Notes: a model not told the origin generated them from the sequence alone. Numbered from the stretch's first letter, positions 16,397 through 27,330 are shown. The stretch: 64,000 nucleotides of DNA from Fidelibacterota bacterium (GCA_046861395.1 JBHHUC010000004.1:1985-65984); one strand, 5' to 3'. Made by a program: numbers and translations.

Positions 16397-17572
16397 TCAA
16401 CGCAACAGGACGCTGCGCAGCTGATCCATGTAGCGGGGATTTTTCCCTACAACCGAATAGGAGAACAAAGCAACGCCGGGAAATCGCGTAATCTTTGTAT
16501 ATTTGATTTTATCGGCCACATCCGGTGCTTTCTGATTATATGTGGCAATGCCCATGATGATTTTATCGCGGTATTTCTGAGGCAGATTATCATAAATAAT
16601 ATCAATATTCTTGGCAAATCCACGGATGGAAACGGAATAATTCATGGGGATTGCCCAGTCTATATAATTGGCAGCCAACCACACATCCCATTCCTGTAAA
16701 TACCGGTCACGTGCTTCATATAAATTGGGTTTAACAGCGGCTGAAAGAATGCAGTCAGGACGAACCTCTGCAATCATGCGGTGTGTATCCTTGACCAGAT
16801 TGGTGACAGCCTGGCGTTTATAATCACCCCACTTTGACAATTTGGAAGCAGTTTGGACATCATTGGTTTTCAGGTTCTTCATAAATAGAAAACGTTGCGG
16901 GTCATCTCCGTTATGATCGGTATAATGTTCCATCGCCTTATCATTCTTTCCATAATGGGAATCCTTGTAGCGAATATAATCGAAATGCAGACCATCCAGG
17001 TCATATTTCGCTACCAATTCTCTGAATACAGCCAGTAAATATGGATTTACACTGGGATGATGAGGCGCCAGATAGATGCCTTCATCCCTGCCCTTCTTCT
17101 CCCTGTATTGCTGAATCATGGCTTTGGCATTCTTGGCCTGATCATCCTGGTCAAACCAGTCCGGATGCGTATATACCAGATGATCATTACTATAAGGCAT
17201 GGAGTTCGATGACCAGAGAATATAGACATTCACCCAAGCATGAACCTGAATCCCACGGGAATGGGCTCTCCGGATAATAACAGACAGGGGATCAAAAGAA
17301 TCATTCGCCAGTAAGGCGCTGCGGGGTACGATATCGGATTGATAGAGTGCGTCCCCGCGACCACGTACCTGTACAAATAAATGGGTAATTTTATTGCGTG
17401 CTGCAAAGTCGACGACTTCATCAATGGCCTGTTCACTGAGGATGGAATTTCGTACGACCCATAGACAGGTGTATTGGAGCGGTTTATTAACCGGAGCTGT
17501 AAATACCAGACTTAAAGTAAAAAGGGTAGTAAATATTACTACCCTTGAATGTTTCGTCAATAAATGTGACAA
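16397..17572 (-). CDS. glycoside-hydrolase-like family 10 (GHL10/DUF187, YngK-like) protein
   Basis: 391 aa with HLFVQVRGRGDALYQSDIVP, GIQVHAWVNVY, LDGLHFDYIRY motifs. TTG start and a signal-like N-terminus. Confidence 0.7.
   Translation of the reverse strand: MSHLLTKHSRVVIFTTLFTLSLVFTAPVNKPLQYTCLWVVRNSILSEQAIDEVVDFAARNKITHLFVQVRGRGDALYQSDIVPRSALLANDSFDPLSVIIRRAHSRGIQVHAWVNVYILWSSNSMPYSNDHLVYTHPDWFDQDDQAKNAKAMIQQYREKKGRDEGIYLAPHHPSVNPYLLAVFRELVAKYDLDGLHFDYIRYKDSHYGKNDKAMEHYTDHNGDDPQRFLFMKNLKTNDVQTASKLSKWGDYKRQAVTNLVKDTHRMIAEVRPDCILSAAVKPNLYEARDRYLQEWDVWLAANYIDWAIPMNYSVSIRGFAKNIDIIYDNLPQKYRDKIIMGIATYNQKAPDVADKIKYTKITRFPGVALFSYSVVGKNPRYMDQLRSVLLR
17511..17546 (-). terminator. candidate intrinsic terminator of the alpha operon (lies inside the first ~20 codons of the next ORF)
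   Basis: Minus-strand RNA AAGGGUAGUA-AUAUU-UACUACCCUU followed by UUUACUUU. This is a perfect 10-bp stem (17522-17531 / 17537-17546), 49 nt downstream of the rplQ stop. Confidence 0.45.
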
Positions 17573-17594
17573 TGGAACGATGAAAATAATCTAT

Positions 17595-18008
17595 TTATTC
17601 TGATTTGTCGTCTTTTTTCGATTTTTTCTCTTTTTTTGTCCCTTCACCTTCCATATCAACCAATTCGATTAGCGATACTTCGGCCCGATCATTATCACGG
17701 AAACCAAGTTTAATTATGCGGGTATATCCACCGGGACGGTCGGCATAGACCGGGGCTATTTCATGAAACAGGGAATGCACTACATCCTTATGGCGAATTT
17801 TCCTCATCACTTGACGCCTGGCATGGACATCACCACGTTTGGCAAAGGTAATTAACGGTTCAATAAACTCCCGCAGAGCCTTGGCCCGGGTATGAGTCGT
17901 TTTGATACGTTTGTGTTCAACCAGGGAGGCTGCCATATTGGCCATCATCGCTTTGCGGTGTGACTTGGTTGACAAGCCTAATTTTCGGGTGGATTTACGG
18001 TGCCGCAT
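17595..18008 (-). CDS. rplQ: 50S ribosomal protein L17
   Basis: [26 protein letters not shown] signature; follows rpoA. Confidence 0.97.
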   Translation of the reverse strand: MRHRKSTRKLGLSTKSHRKAMMANMAASLVEHKRIKTTHTRAKALREFIEPLITFAKRGDVHARRQVMRKIRHKDVVHSLFHEIAPVYADRPGGYTRIIKLGFRDNDRAEVSLIELVDMEGEGTKKEKKSKKDDKSE

Positions 18009-18009
18009 G

Positions 18010-18981
18010 TCAGATTTCTTCCGTTAAATATTCGTCAACATTCATTCCAAAATGGAGTCCCATTTCATCCAGTTTTTCTACCAGCTCGGTTAGTGATTTC
18101 CGGCCGAAGTTTTTGTATTTAAGCATTTCGCTTTCTTCTTTGCTCACCAGTTCACTGATATACTTAATACCTGCAGCCTGGAGACAATTAAAGCTTCGGA
18201 CGGAAAGTTCCATTTCATCAATGGTAGATTTTAACAATTTCCGAATGGACAGGACTTCTTCACTCACATTATCCGTGACTTCCAGGACTTCCGGACGGCT
18301 TAATGCTTCAACGGTTTTCAAATGTGCTGTCAAGACGGAGGCAGAATAGGATATGGCATCCACGGGAGTGATGGACCCGTCCGTCTCGATTTCTATTTTC
18401 AGCATTTCTGTGGACTCTTTCTCACCCGGGAGTGAAGTGACATTATATGACACTTTGGTCACCGGATTGAAAATACTGTCAATGGAAATCATGCCGATGG
18501 GAGAATTGGGTAATTCATTTTCCTCCGATGGGACATAGCCCTTACCGATGCCAATCCGTAATTCCATCCTCAATTCACCTTTTTCATTGATTTCGGTGAT
18601 ATAATGATCGGGATTGAGTATCTCGAACTGATCACTGACATCCTGAATATCTTTGGCCGTTACGGTACAGGGTCCCTGAAGATGAAGCAAAACACGATCG
18701 GGGTTCTGGTCCATTAATTTAAAACGCACACCCTTCAGATTCATGATAATATCGGCCACATCTTCCCGTACACCTTCCAGGCTGGCAAATTCGTGTTGCA
18801 CATTCTCAATACTTACATTGGTGATGGCGGCTCCAGGAATGGACGTAAGCGCCACCCGGCGCAAAGCATTCCCTAAGGTGATCCCGTATCCGCGCTGCAG
18901 TGGCTGCACGATAAACTCGGCTTTATTATCACTGACGGATTTCGTTTCGATTGCTAGATTGAAATCTAAATTATTTGCCAT
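18010..18981 (-). CDS. rpoA: DNA-directed RNA polymerase subunit alpha
   Basis: 323 aa with [20 protein letters not shown] and C-terminal [10 protein letters not shown] motifs. Alpha-operon position. Confidence 0.97.
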   Translation of the reverse strand: MANNLDFNLAIETKSVSDNKAEFIVQPLQRGYGITLGNALRRVALTSIPGAAITNVSIENVQHEFASLEGVREDVADIIMNLKGVRFKLMDQNPDRVLLHLQGPCTVTAKDIQDVSDQFEILNPDHYITEINEKGELRMELRIGIGKGYVPSEENELPNSPIGMISIDSIFNPVTKVSYNVTSLPGEKESTEMLKIEIETDGSITPVDAISYSASVLTAHLKTVEALSRPEVLEVTDNVSEEVLSIRKLLKSTIDEMELSVRSFNCLQAAGIKYISELVSKEESEMLKYKNFGRKSLTELVEKLDEMGLHFGMNVDEYLTEEI

Positions 18982-19001
18982 GGTATTCCTGTTCTGATTT
19001 C

Positions 19002-19619
19002 TTATTTGGAGTATAACTCAACGACCAACTGTTCATTAACAGTCAAATTCATCTGGTCCCGCTCTGGCAAGGCAACAAAAGTACCCGACATCCGGGCTTT
19101 GTCAAGTTCCAGCCAGGGCAAGTCAATATCGCCTTTGATGCGCCGCATGGCATCCTGGATGATATCCAATTTTTTACTTTTATTGCGAACCTGAATTACA
19201 TCTCCCGGTTTCACCCGGTAGGACGGAATATTTACGGAGCGACCATTGACCAAAAAATGTCGGTGGTTGACCAATTGCCGTGCCGCCGGCCGTGAAGGTG
19301 CGAATCCTAAACGGTAGACAACATTGTCCAGCCGGCTTTCCAATAATTGCAATAGGTTCGTTCCGGTTTCACCCACCATTTGATCCGCTTTATTGAAATA
19401 GTTGCGGAATTGTTTTTCCAACAAGCCATACATGAATTTTATTTTTTGTTTTTCACTGAGCTGAACACCATAGTTGGACATCCGGCGACGGCGGGTCTGA
19501 CCATGCTGTCCCGGACCGTATGGTTTTTTAGCTAGGAGGCGGTCATATTTGGTATTACCAAAGATGTTTTCGCCAAATTTTCTTACGAGCTTTCCTTTTG
19601 CTCCGGTAAACTTTGCCAT
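19002..19619 (-). CDS. rpsD: 30S ribosomal protein S4
   Basis: 205 aa with YGVQLSEKQK and LESRLDNVVYRLGFA motifs. Confidence 0.97.
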   Translation of the reverse strand: MAKFTGAKGKLVRKFGENIFGNTKYDRLLAKKPYGPGQHGQTRRRRMSNYGVQLSEKQKIKFMYGLLEKQFRNYFNKADQMVGETGTNLLQLLESRLDNVVYRLGFAPSRPAARQLVNHRHFLVNGRSVNIPSYRVKPGDVIQVRNKSKKLDIIQDAMRRIKGDIDLPWLELDKARMSGTFVALPERDQMNLTVNEQLVVELYSK

Positions 19620-19634
19620 GTTTTCTCCTACCCC

Positions 19635-20030
19635 TTATACCCGGCGGCGTTTTGGTGGCCGACAGCCATTATGCGGTAATGGTGTGACGTCTTTGATGGA
19701 TGTAATCTGTAATCCGGCAACGGCCAGGGATCGAATTGCCGATTCGCGTCCGGCACCCGGTCCTTTTACTCGTACTTCTACATTCTGCAGTCCCATGGAC
19801 ATGGCGTCGTTGGCCGCATTCTGTGCTGCCTGTGATGCTGCATAGGCTGTATTTTTCCGTGACCCCTTGAATCCGGATGTTCCGGCGGTAGCCCAGGCAA
19901 TCACATTGCCGAATTTATCGGATAATGTAATATGCGTATTGTTAAATGTTGCTTTAATGTGTGCGACACCGGAAGGATCGACTGAACCCTTCTTTTTCTT
20001 TTTTCGCTTATCTGATCCAGCTTTAGCCAA
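19635..20030 (-). CDS. rpsK: 30S ribosomal protein S11
   Basis: 131 aa with [18 protein letters not shown] and [16 protein letters not shown] motifs. Confidence 0.97.
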   Translation of the reverse strand: MAKAGSDKRKKKKKGSVDPSGVAHIKATFNNTHITLSDKFGNVIAWATAGTSGFKGSRKNTAYAASQAAQNAANDAMSMGLQNVEVRVKGPGAGRESAIRSLAVAGLQITSIKDVTPLPHNGCRPPKRRRV

Positions 20031-20050
20031 TTTTTATCCTTTCTTGCAAA

Positions 20051-20422
20051 TCAACCTCTACCAAGCCCAATAGTACGTTTGCGACCTTTGCGTGTGCGGG
20101 CATTGGTTTTTGTGCGCTGACCATTGACAGGTAATCCTCTGCGATGACGGATACCTTTATAACTGCCGATATCCTTCAATCGTTTAATATTCATGGCAAC
20201 TAGCGATCGGCTTTCTCCTTCGACTTTCACATCCAGAGAATTAATCGCGTTACGGATTGCCGTCACTTGTTCTTCGTTTAAATCCTGGACCCGTAATTCA
20301 CGGTCCACACCGGCTTCATCACAGATTTTCTGTGCTGTGGTAAGGCCGATACCAAAAATGTAGCATAATGAATATGGAACTTTCTTATCTCTTGGAATAT
20401 CTACTCCGGCAATACGTGCCAT
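20051..20422 (-). CDS. rpsM: 30S ribosomal protein S13
   Basis: [40 protein letters not shown]. Confidence 0.97.
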   Translation of the reverse strand: MARIAGVDIPRDKKVPYSLCYIFGIGLTTAQKICDEAGVDRELRVQDLNEEQVTAIRNAINSLDVKVEGESRSLVAMNIKRLKDIGSYKGIRHRRGLPVNGQRTKTNARTRKGRKRTIGLGRG

Positions 20423-20428
20423 AAACTT

Positions 20429-20542
20429 TTACCCTTGTCGTTGTTTGTGTTTGGGATTTTCGCAAATCACTAATACGACGCCCTTACGCCGTATAATTTT
20501 GCATTTTGAACACATTTTTTTTACTGATGGACGGACTTTCAT
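20429..20542 (-). CDS. rpmJ: 50S ribosomal protein L36 (zinc type)
   Basis: Below the ORF-track size cutoff. Manual translation gives [37 protein letters not shown]. Lies between infA and rpsM. Confidence 0.95.
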   Translation of the reverse strand: MKVRPSVKKMCSKCKIIRRKGVVLVICENPKHKQRQG

Positions 20543-20549
20543 AGTTCTC

Positions 20550-20777
20550 CTATTTCTGACGGTATGTAATTCGTCCCCGTGATAAATCATAAGGTGATAT
20601 ATCCAGCGTTACCTTATCCCCCGGTAAAATTTTGATGAAATGCATACGCATTTTTCCGCTCACATGAGCCAGTACTTCGTGTTTTTTACCACCGATGTCG
20701 ATTTCAACACGAAACATGGCATTCGGCAATGTTTCCTTGATGATTCCTTCCACAGTGATGGGTTTTTCTTTAGCCAT
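20550..20777 (-). CDS. infA: translation initiation factor IF-1
   Basis: [26 protein letters not shown]...[16 protein letters not shown]. Start taken at the fifth codon of the tracked ORF (ATG 20777). Confidence 0.95.
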   Translation of the reverse strand: MAKEKPITVEGIIKETLPNAMFRVEIDIGGKKHEVLAHVSGKMRMHFIKILPGDKVTLDISPYDLSRGRITYRQK

Positions 20778-21528
20778 GATTCCGTCCAACGCTTAATATT
20801 TTTGGTCCATTTGCCGTAATGGCAATGGTATGTTCGAAATGGGCGCTGGTCGATCCATCCTGTGTTTTCACCGTCCAGCCATCGGATTCCGTGAACACTT
20901 CCTTGCAACCCATATTGATCATGGGTTCAATGGCCAGAACCATTCCGGTACGCAGTTTATGTCCGCGGTTTGGCAAACCATAATTTGGGATCTGCGGCTC
21001 TTCGTGCAATTGCGTTCCAATGCCATGCCCTACGAGTTCACGAACAACAGAGTAGCCGTGCTTCTCCACATGAGTCTGGATAGCATGACCAATATCTGAA
21101 ACATGATTTCCGACCCGTGCCTTTTCAATCCCCAGCATTAAAGCTTCCTGCGTTACACGCATTAATTCCTTTTTATCCTCAGCGATGGTACCGACGGAAT
21201 ATGTCCGGGCTGAATCGCCGTAGTATCCGTTTTTCTCGGCCCCGCAATCCACGCCAATGACTTCTCCATCCTTCAAGGCACGATTACTGGGAATGCCATG
21301 GACGACTACATCATCCACCGACAGACATAAAGTGGAAGGAAAGCCCATATATCCTTTAAAGGCGGGACGGGCGCCCTGAGACCGGATATAATCTTCGGCT
21401 GCCTGATCCAGCGCAATCAACGATACGCCGGGCTTGATCAATTTTTCCAGCATGATCAGTGTATCAGCCACAATCTGGCAGCTTTCGGTAATGAGATCAA
21501 TTTCTTTCTGGGAGCGAATCGCAACCAT
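20770..21528 (-). CDS. map: type I methionine aminopeptidase
   Basis: 252 aa with [35 protein letters not shown] metal-site motifs. Confidence 0.95.
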   Translation of the reverse strand: MVAIRSQKEIDLITESCQIVADTLIMLEKLIKPGVSLIALDQAAEDYIRSQGARPAFKGYMGFPSTLCLSVDDVVVHGIPSNRALKDGEVIGVDCGAEKNGYYGDSARTYSVGTIAEDKKELMRVTQEALMLGIEKARVGNHVSDIGHAIQTHVEKHGYSVVRELVGHGIGTQLHEEPQIPNYGLPNRGHKLRTGMVLAIEPMINMGCKEVFTESDGWTVKTQDGSTSAHFEHTIAITANGPKILSVGRNHG

Positions 21529-21531
21529 GGG

Positions 21532-22869
21532 TTACATTCTCCTCCGCCCACGGATTTTACCCTTGGTTAAAAATCCGTCGTAATGACGCATCATCAAGTG
21601 GGATTCAATCTGCTGTAAAGTATCCAGGGCCACACCAACAATGATGAGCAGACTGGTGCCGCCAAAAAAGGAAGCCAGATCGTATCCGATATCCGTGGCC
21701 TTCATAATCGCATAGGGCGTCACGGCAATCAAAGCCAGAAATATGGACCCCGGTAATGTTACACGAGTCAGAATATTGTCAATATACTCGGCCGTGCGTT
21801 TTCCGGGCCGGACTCCGGGAATAAATCCACCCTGCTGTTTCATAGTGGAGGAAACCTGAACCGGATCAAAAGCTATGGCTGTATAAAAATAGGTAAAGAA
21901 AACGATGATGCTACCAAATACAATCCAGTAAAACGGATGATCAAAAGAAAACCATCGCATGATAGATTGCATGAAATCATATTCGCTGAAAAAGGTGGCA
22001 ACCGTCGTGGGAATAAACATAATGGACTGAGCAAAGATAATGGGCATCACTCCCGCCGTATTGACGCGCAAGGGAATATGCGTGGACTGCCCACCGTATA
22101 CCTTGCGTCCTACCACACGTTTGGCATATTGAACGGGTATTTTTCGCGTACCTTGTGTCAACAGAATTACAATCCCAACGATTATCACGAAAATACCCAT
22201 GAGAATAAATTCACCCAGGAGATTTCGTACTCCTTCCTGAATCAATGTTATCTCAGCCAAGATGACATTGGGAAAACGTGACAAAATACCTACCATGATA
22301 ATCAATGATATACCGTTCCCAATTCCACGCTCCGTAATCCGTTCTCCAAGCCACATCAGGAGAATAACACCAGTAATCAGACTCACTATGGCAGTGAATT
22401 TGAATAGGAATCCGGGATGAGGAATGACAGAAACCGTGGCGCCGCCTATGTTGGCCGTCATGCTCTCCAGGAATACGGTAACACCATAGGCCTGCATGGC
22501 ACCGATCAAAACAGTTCCATAGCGGGTCAATTGCGTTATTTTCTTCCGCCCTTCTTCGCCCTCCTTTTGTAAGCGCTGGAAATACGGAACCACAGACCCC
22601 ATTAACTGAATAATAATGGAGGCCGAAATATAGGGCATGATTCCCAGGGCAAATAAGGTGGCCTTCTTGAACGCGCCTCCGGCAAATAAATCGTAGAGGC
22701 CAAACAGGGTGTTCTGGAAATTCTGGATGGCCGCACCCAGGGCTTCTCCGTCAACACCCGGTATGGGAACGTGAGCCCCAATACGAACGACAATCAAAAT
22801 TCCAAACGTAAATAGAATTCGGGACCGGAGTTCGGGAATACTGAAGATGTTTTTAATTTTATCAATCAC
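21532..22869 (-). CDS. secY: preprotein translocase subunit SecY
   Basis: 445 aa polytopic membrane protein with GIMPYISASII and NTAGVMPIIFAQS motifs. Sits at the spc operon end; no adk follows. Confidence 0.97.
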   Translation of the reverse strand: MIDKIKNIFSIPELRSRILFTFGILIVVRIGAHVPIPGVDGEALGAAIQNFQNTLFGLYDLFAGGAFKKATLFALGIMPYISASIIIQLMGSVVPYFQRLQKEGEEGRKKITQLTRYGTVLIGAMQAYGVTVFLESMTANIGGATVSVIPHPGFLFKFTAIVSLITGVILLMWLGERITERGIGNGISLIIMVGILSRFPNVILAEITLIQEGVRNLLGEFILMGIFVIIVGIVILLTQGTRKIPVQYAKRVVGRKVYGGQSTHIPLRVNTAGVMPIIFAQSIMFIPTTVATFFSEYDFMQSIMRWFSFDHPFYWIVFGSIIVFFTYFYTAIAFDPVQVSSTMKQQGGFIPGVRPGKRTAEYIDNILTRVTLPGSIFLALIAVTPYAIMKATDIGYDLASFFGGTSLLIIVGVALDTLQQIESHLMMRHYDGFLTKGKIRGRRRM

Positions 22870-23306
22870 AGGACGTTCGCACTGCCTCCCTGTTGCTCAA
22901 TTTTATTTTTTGCTCCCACGCTGAAAGCATTCGCTTCCACAATAATGGCATGGTCAAGTTCACCATTGCCCAGAATTTTCACCGGACGTAACGCCGAACG
23001 CACTAAACCGTGATTGTACAATACAGTAGAATCGATTGTTTTCTCTTCCAACTTATTCAGGTCCGAAAGATTGACAATTTGATACTCTTTGCGAAATAAA
23101 TGGTTGGAGAAACCCCGTTTCGGCAAACGTCGCTGTAACGACATCTGTCCGCCCTCAAACCATGTCCGTTTTTTATTCCCACTCCGTTGTCCGGCGCCTT
23201 TATGACCCCGACCGGAAGTTTTACCCAATCCACTCCCAGGGCCTCGTCCCAGTCTTTTAGTATTTTTCTTCGCGCCGGAAGCAGGTTTCAAATCATTAAT
23301 TTTCAT
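22866..23306 (-). CDS. rplO: 50S ribosomal protein L15
   Basis: [28 protein letters not shown]. Confidence 0.96.
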   Translation of the reverse strand: MKINDLKPASGAKKNTKRLGRGPGSGLGKTSGRGHKGAGQRSGNKKRTWFEGGQMSLQRRLPKRGFSNHLFRKEYQIVNLSDLNKLEEKTIDSTVLYNHGLVRSALRPVKILGNGELDHAIIVEANAFSVGAKNKIEQQGGSANVL

Positions 23307-23500
23307 GAAATTTCCTCGACCTTCAACAGAAAATCAATTTTTTTAATCATGCCGCGTATAACCGGATTATCCGCATGCTCAACGGTATGATGAAGTCGTC
23401 GAAGTCCCAGGGCTTCCAGGGTTTTCCTGAATTTCTTATTATGTCCGATGGGACTTTTAACCTGTGTAATTCTCAGTTTGGATTCTTTTTTCTTAGCCAT
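23303..23500 (-). CDS. rpmD: 50S ribosomal protein L30
   Basis: 65 aa with [27 protein letters not shown]. Confidence 0.93.
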   Translation of the reverse strand: MAKKKESKLRITQVKSPIGHNKKFRKTLEALGLRRLHHTVEHADNPVIRGMIKKIDFLLKVEEIS

Positions 23501-23501
23501 A

Positions 23502-23999
23502 TCAGTTAAATACTTCTTTAATCGTCATGCCCCGTTTACTGGCAACCGATACAGCATCCTGCATTTCCGTCAGTGCTGTCATGGTGGCCCTAACCACATT
23601 CAAGGCGTTATTTGAACCCAGCCGTTTGGTCAATATATTATGGATGCCGGCCTGTTCCATCACGGCACGGACAGCCGCTCCGGCGATAATTCCCGTACCA
23701 GGGGAAGCCGGTTTCAGCATGACGCTGCTGGCACCATATTTACCAATAATTTTATGCGGAATCGTCCCGTTTATAACGGGAACCTTCACAATATTTTGTT
23801 TGGCATTTTCTTTCGATTTATTAATGGCGGCAATGACTTCATTGGCCTTACCTACACCAACACCAACGTGTCCTTTTCCGTCACCGACAACCACTACCGC
23901 GGTAAAACGAAAACGCTTACCCCTGGATGTCACTTTCGCGACCCGCTTGATGCGGACAACGATTTCTTCTTTTAAATCTAATTCAGCTGGATTGATCAT
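23502..23999 (-). CDS. rpsE: 30S ribosomal protein S5
   Basis: [37 protein letters not shown]. Confidence 0.97.
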   Translation of the reverse strand: MINPAELDLKEEIVVRIKRVAKVTSRGKRFRFTAVVVVGDGKGHVGVGVGKANEVIAAINKSKENAKQNIVKVPVINGTIPHKIIGKYGASSVMLKPASPGTGIIAGAAVRAVMEQAGIHNILTKRLGSNNALNVVRATMTALTEMQDAVSVASKRGMTIKEVFN

Positions 24000-24020
24000 C
24001 TGCTAATCATTACTCCGTTT

Positions 24021-24392
24021 CTAAAAGGATAAGCCATCTTCACGGGCCGCATCGGCAAGGGCCTGAACCCGTCCATGATAGGTAAAGCCATTCCGGTCGA
24101 GAACGACTTTGGCTATTTTCTGTTTTTTCGCGCGTTCCGCCAGGGCTTTACCAACAATTTTACTCCGCTCGACCTTGGTGGTTACTTTTTCCAGTTTTTT
24201 CACCAAATCTTTATCAATGCTGGACGCAGAGACAATCGTAGCACCTTTAAAATCATCAATTATCTGGGCCGATATATGTTTATTGCTCCGGTAGATACAT
24301 AAACGCAGACGATCGGGATGAAAACGTGCCGTGCGTTTACTCCGGTTTCGGTTACGGGTAAAACGAGCAATTTCTTTCTTAGACTTGGCCAT
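24021..24392 (-). CDS. rplR: 50S ribosomal protein L18
   Basis: RLCIYRSNKHISAQIIDD, DRNGFTYHGRVQALADAAREDGL. Confidence 0.96.
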   Translation of the reverse strand: MAKSKKEIARFTRNRNRSKRTARFHPDRLRLCIYRSNKHISAQIIDDFKGATIVSASSIDKDLVKKLEKVTTKVERSKIVGKALAERAKKQKIAKVVLDRNGFTYHGRVQALADAAREDGLSF

Positions 24393-24394
24393 CT

Positions 24395-24931
24395 TTAGCT
24401 ACCTACCGTCTTTCCTTGTTTAATTCTTACATATTCATCCTTATAGCGAATCCCTTTTCCTTTATAGGGCTCCGGCTTCCGGAACGAACGAATCTTCGCG
24501 GCGACTTCACCGACTAATTGTTTATCTATCCCAGTGATAGTGATCTCCGTACGGCTGGCCTGGATATTGATCTCTTCCGGCGGATCAAATACAATGCTGT
24601 GTGAATATCCTAGCTGTAAAATCAACCTGTTATTCTCGACCACAGCCTGATAACCAACCCCACGGATCTCCAGGACTTTCTGGAATCCTTCCGTGACACC
24701 AATAACACAATTGGACAACAATTGGCGGGTCGTGCCGTGCAACGCTTTCTGGGTCTTGGATTCAGACGTCCGGGATACGACCAGGGTACCATTTTCCTGC
24801 ACAACCTTGATCTTGGGATGAACAGTGACGGATAACTGGCCTTTTTTACCCTTTACCGTCACCACATTATCCTGAAGAGTGACATTCACTCCTTCGGGAA
24901 TGGAAATTGGATTATTACCTATTCTAGACAT
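24395..24931 (-). CDS. rplF: 50S ribosomal protein L6
   Basis: MSRIGNNPISIPEGV, GVGYQA, PEPYKGKGIRY. Confidence 0.97.
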   Translation of the reverse strand: MSRIGNNPISIPEGVNVTLQDNVVTVKGKKGQLSVTVHPKIKVVQENGTLVVSRTSESKTQKALHGTTRQLLSNCVIGVTEGFQKVLEIRGVGYQAVVENNRLILQLGYSHSIVFDPPEEINIQASRTEITITGIDKQLVGEVAAKIRSFRKPEPYKGKGIRYKDEYVRIKQGKTVGS

Positions 24932-24934
24932 AGT

Positions 24935-25333
24935 TTACCAGACATTGCATAATATTTCGCCGCCTACGTTTAACCGTTTGGCAGTTTTATTGGAAATCAC
25001 ACCCTTTGATGTGGACAAAATGGAAATTCCCAGGCCATCCAGGACACGGGGAATATCATCCGCACCCACATAGCGGCGGCAACCGGGTCTGCTCACACGT
25101 TCAATACCAGTGATAATGGGTTTACCATGATAATCGTATTTAATAAACACACGAATGGAACTCTTATTTCCATCCGCAACAAACATAAAATCCTCAATAT
25201 ATTTTTCTTCCTTCAGAATGAAAGCAATGCGCTTTTTCAGATTGGACGAAGGGATATCCACCCACCGTTTATCGGCCCGCATTCCATTTCGGATTCTGGT
25301 GAGAAAATCTGCGATTGGATCTGTCATACCCAT
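24935..25333 (-). CDS. rpsH: 30S ribosomal protein S8
   Basis: MTDPIADFLTRIRNG, GISILSTSKGVISNKTA, GGEILCNVW. Confidence 0.97.
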   Translation of the reverse strand: MGMTDPIADFLTRIRNGMRADKRWVDIPSSNLKKRIAFILKEEKYIEDFMFVADGNKSSIRVFIKYDYHGKPIITGIERVSRPGCRRYVGADDIPRVLDGLGISILSTSKGVISNKTAKRLNVGGEILCNVW

Positions 25334-25345
25334 GAAATTTGCTCC

Positions 25346-25531
25346 CTACCAGCTAGCCTTTGTGATTCCAGGAATTTCTCCCCGCAATGCCATTTCGCGG
25401 AAACATAGACGGCATAATCCAAAACGTCGGATATAGCCATGGGGACGACCACATTTAAAACACCGGTTATATTTTCTCGTCGAAAATTTTGCCTGTTTCC
25501 TGGCTTTTACAATTAGTGATTTCTTTGCCAT
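25346..25531 (-). CDS. rpsN: 30S ribosomal protein S14, type Z (zinc-binding, 61 aa)
   Basis: [23 protein letters not shown] CxxC..CxxC motif, ending in W. Confidence 0.96.
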   Translation of the reverse strand: MAKKSLIVKARKQAKFSTRKYNRCFKCGRPHGYIRRFGLCRLCFREMALRGEIPGITKASW

Positions 25532-26157
25532 TAAGCTGCCTCAGCTTCTTCTATGCTTTTTACCGGTTTTTCCCGTAACGGTAAGCCAAATTCCTTTAAT
25601 AACCAATAGGCTTCGTCGTCGGTTTTTGCCGTTGTTGTAATAGTAATATTCATTCCCCGGATCGTATCAATTTTATCATAATCAATTTCCGTGAAAATGA
25701 TCTGTTCGGTCACACCAAAGTTATAATTCCCACGCTTATCAAAGGATTTGAAGGATAAACCTCTGAAATCACGTGTACGGGGCAATGCAATTGAATTCAA
25801 TCGCTCAAAGAATTCATACATCCGGTTAGCCCGTAAAGTCACCATTGCTCCCACCGGAAAACCCTTTCGGATTTTAAAGTTGGAAATATCTTTCCGTGAT
25901 CGAGTAATGACGGCCTTTTGTCCCGCAATTAGATTCAGTTCTTTCAATGCACTCTCCAAGGCCTTCGAATTATTCTTGGCATCACCAATCCCGTAATTGA
26001 TTGTAATCTTTTCCAGCCGCGGGACTTGCATGGCTGTTTTATACCCGAACCGCTTCATCAGGCTAGGAATAATGGTTTCCTGATAGATACGCTTATAATT
26101 AGGCGTATAGGAATCACTTTTCTTTGTGGTTTTTTTCTTTGTTTTCTTTTCGGCCAT
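25531..26157 (-). CDS. rplE: 50S ribosomal protein L5 (with a Lys-rich N-terminal extension)
   Basis: [39 protein letters not shown]. About 18 extra residues ([18 protein letters not shown]) precede the conserved core. Confidence 0.96.
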   Translation of the reverse strand: MAEKKTKKKTTKKSDSYTPNYKRIYQETIIPSLMKRFGYKTAMQVPRLEKITINYGIGDAKNNSKALESALKELNLIAGQKAVITRSRKDISNFKIRKGFPVGAMVTLRANRMYEFFERLNSIALPRTRDFRGLSFKSFDKRGNYNFGVTEQIIFTEIDYDKIDTIRGMNITITTTAKTDDEAYWLLKEFGLPLREKPVKSIEEAEAA

Positions 26158-26158
26158 A

Positions 26159-26467
26159 TCAGAGCTCTATCTCTTCACCAGTTTTTTTTGCCACACGGAC
26201 TTTGGAACCGTCTTCCAAATATTTATACCCGATCCGGGTTGGCTGCCCCCCATGTATTACCATCACATTGGAAACATGGATCGGTGCCTCCTTCTCAATA
26301 AAACCGCCACTGGGATTTTCCTGTGAAGGCCGGGTTGAGCGGCGAATCAGATTTACACCTTCGATTATCACCCGATTTTTCTTGGGAAATACAAACAGAA
26401 TCTTTCCTTCTTTCCCTTTGTGGTTGCCGCTAATTACCCGGACGGTCATTCCTTTTTTCACAAACAT
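26159..26467 (-). CDS. rplX: 50S ribosomal protein L24
   Basis: [23 protein letters not shown] motif; spc-operon position. Confidence 0.95.
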   Translation of the reverse strand: MFVKKGMTVRVISGNHKGKEGKILFVFPKKNRVIIEGVNLIRRSTRPSQENPSGGFIEKEAPIHVSNVMVIHGGQPTRIGYKYLEDGSKVRVAKKTGEEIEL

Positions 26468-26835
26468 TATAATACCTCCGGTGCCATCGAAACGATTTTC
26501 ATATAACCGCCATCACGCAATTCACGGGCTACTGGTCCGAAAATACGTGTGCCACGGGGTTCCCCCTGGGAATTCAACAGAACGGCGGCATTATCATCAA
26601 ACCGAATGTAAGAACCGTCTTTCCGGCGGATTTCCTTCCGCGTACGGACGATGACCGCGCGTGTTACCTGTCCTTTTTTGACCATTCCACCGGGAATGGC
26701 TTTTTTAACGGTAACCACCACAATATCGCCGACCGATGCATAGCGACGACCCGAACCACCCAAAACCTTAAAGCACAGAACTTCTTTTGCTCCGGTATTG
26801 TCCGCTACTGTTAATCTAGTTTCCTGTTGAATCAC
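26467..26835 (-). CDS. rplN: 50S ribosomal protein L14
   Basis: [28 protein letters not shown] ... [10 protein letters not shown]. Confidence 0.98.
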   Translation of the reverse strand: MIQQETRLTVADNTGAKEVLCFKVLGGSGRRYASVGDIVVVTVKKAIPGGMVKKGQVTRAVIVRTRKEIRRKDGSYIRFDDNAAVLLNSQGEPRGTRIFGPVARELRDGGYMKIVSMAPEVL

Positions 26836-26840
26836 GATTC

Positions 26841-27107
26841 TTATCCAATATTTTTCGATTCACGAACGATTTCACTCACACGCCATTTCTTATTCTTACT
26901 CATGGGACGTGAGTGGATTATTTTAACCAGATCCCCTTCTTTCGGTACTACCGAGGATACATTGGCCATATATTTCTTATTACGGCGGATATATTTTTTA
27001 TATATAGGATGGGGAACCTTCCAGGAGACATCAACTACAACCGTTTTTTCCATTTTGGTACTGACAACTTCGCCAATTAAGGATTGTTTTTTACGCGTTA
27101 CAGCCAT
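26841..27107 (-). CDS. rpsQ: 30S ribosomal protein S17
   Basis: [42 protein letters not shown]. Confidence 0.96.
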   Translation of the reverse strand: MAVTRKKQSLIGEVVSTKMEKTVVVDVSWKVPHPIYKKYIRRNKKYMANVSSVVPKEGDLVKIIHSRPMSKNKKWRVSEIVRESKNIG

Positions 27108-27325
27108 TATTTATCTCCATCCTTGATCTCTCTTATACCCAGCTCATATTCGTGTAAAACTGTTTTAATCTGGGCAATTTCCTTTTTTAAAAACCGAATC
27201 TGCAACGGGTCCTCAATCTGTTGTAACGCTTTTTGAAACCGCAAATTCCTGAGCGCGTCCATATCATCCTGAAGCTTGAGCTCCAGTTCCGAAACGGTAA
27301 GTTCTTCTATCTGACTTCTTTTCAT
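27107..27325 (-). CDS. rpmC: 50S ribosomal protein L29
   Basis: 72 aa helical protein with LRNLRFQKA. Lies between rplP and rpsQ. Confidence 0.9.
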   Translation of the reverse strand: MKRSQIEELTVSELELKLQDDMDALRNLRFQKALQQIEDPLQIRFLKKEIAQIKTVLHEYELGIREIKDGDK

Positions 27326-27330
27326 GGTAC

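Noticed and set aside
16412-16421. 10-bp palindrome GCTGCGCAGC near the convergent gene ends.
   Set aside because: It has no loop, so it cannot form a useful hairpin, and it lies inside the GHL10 coding sequence. Likely coincidental.
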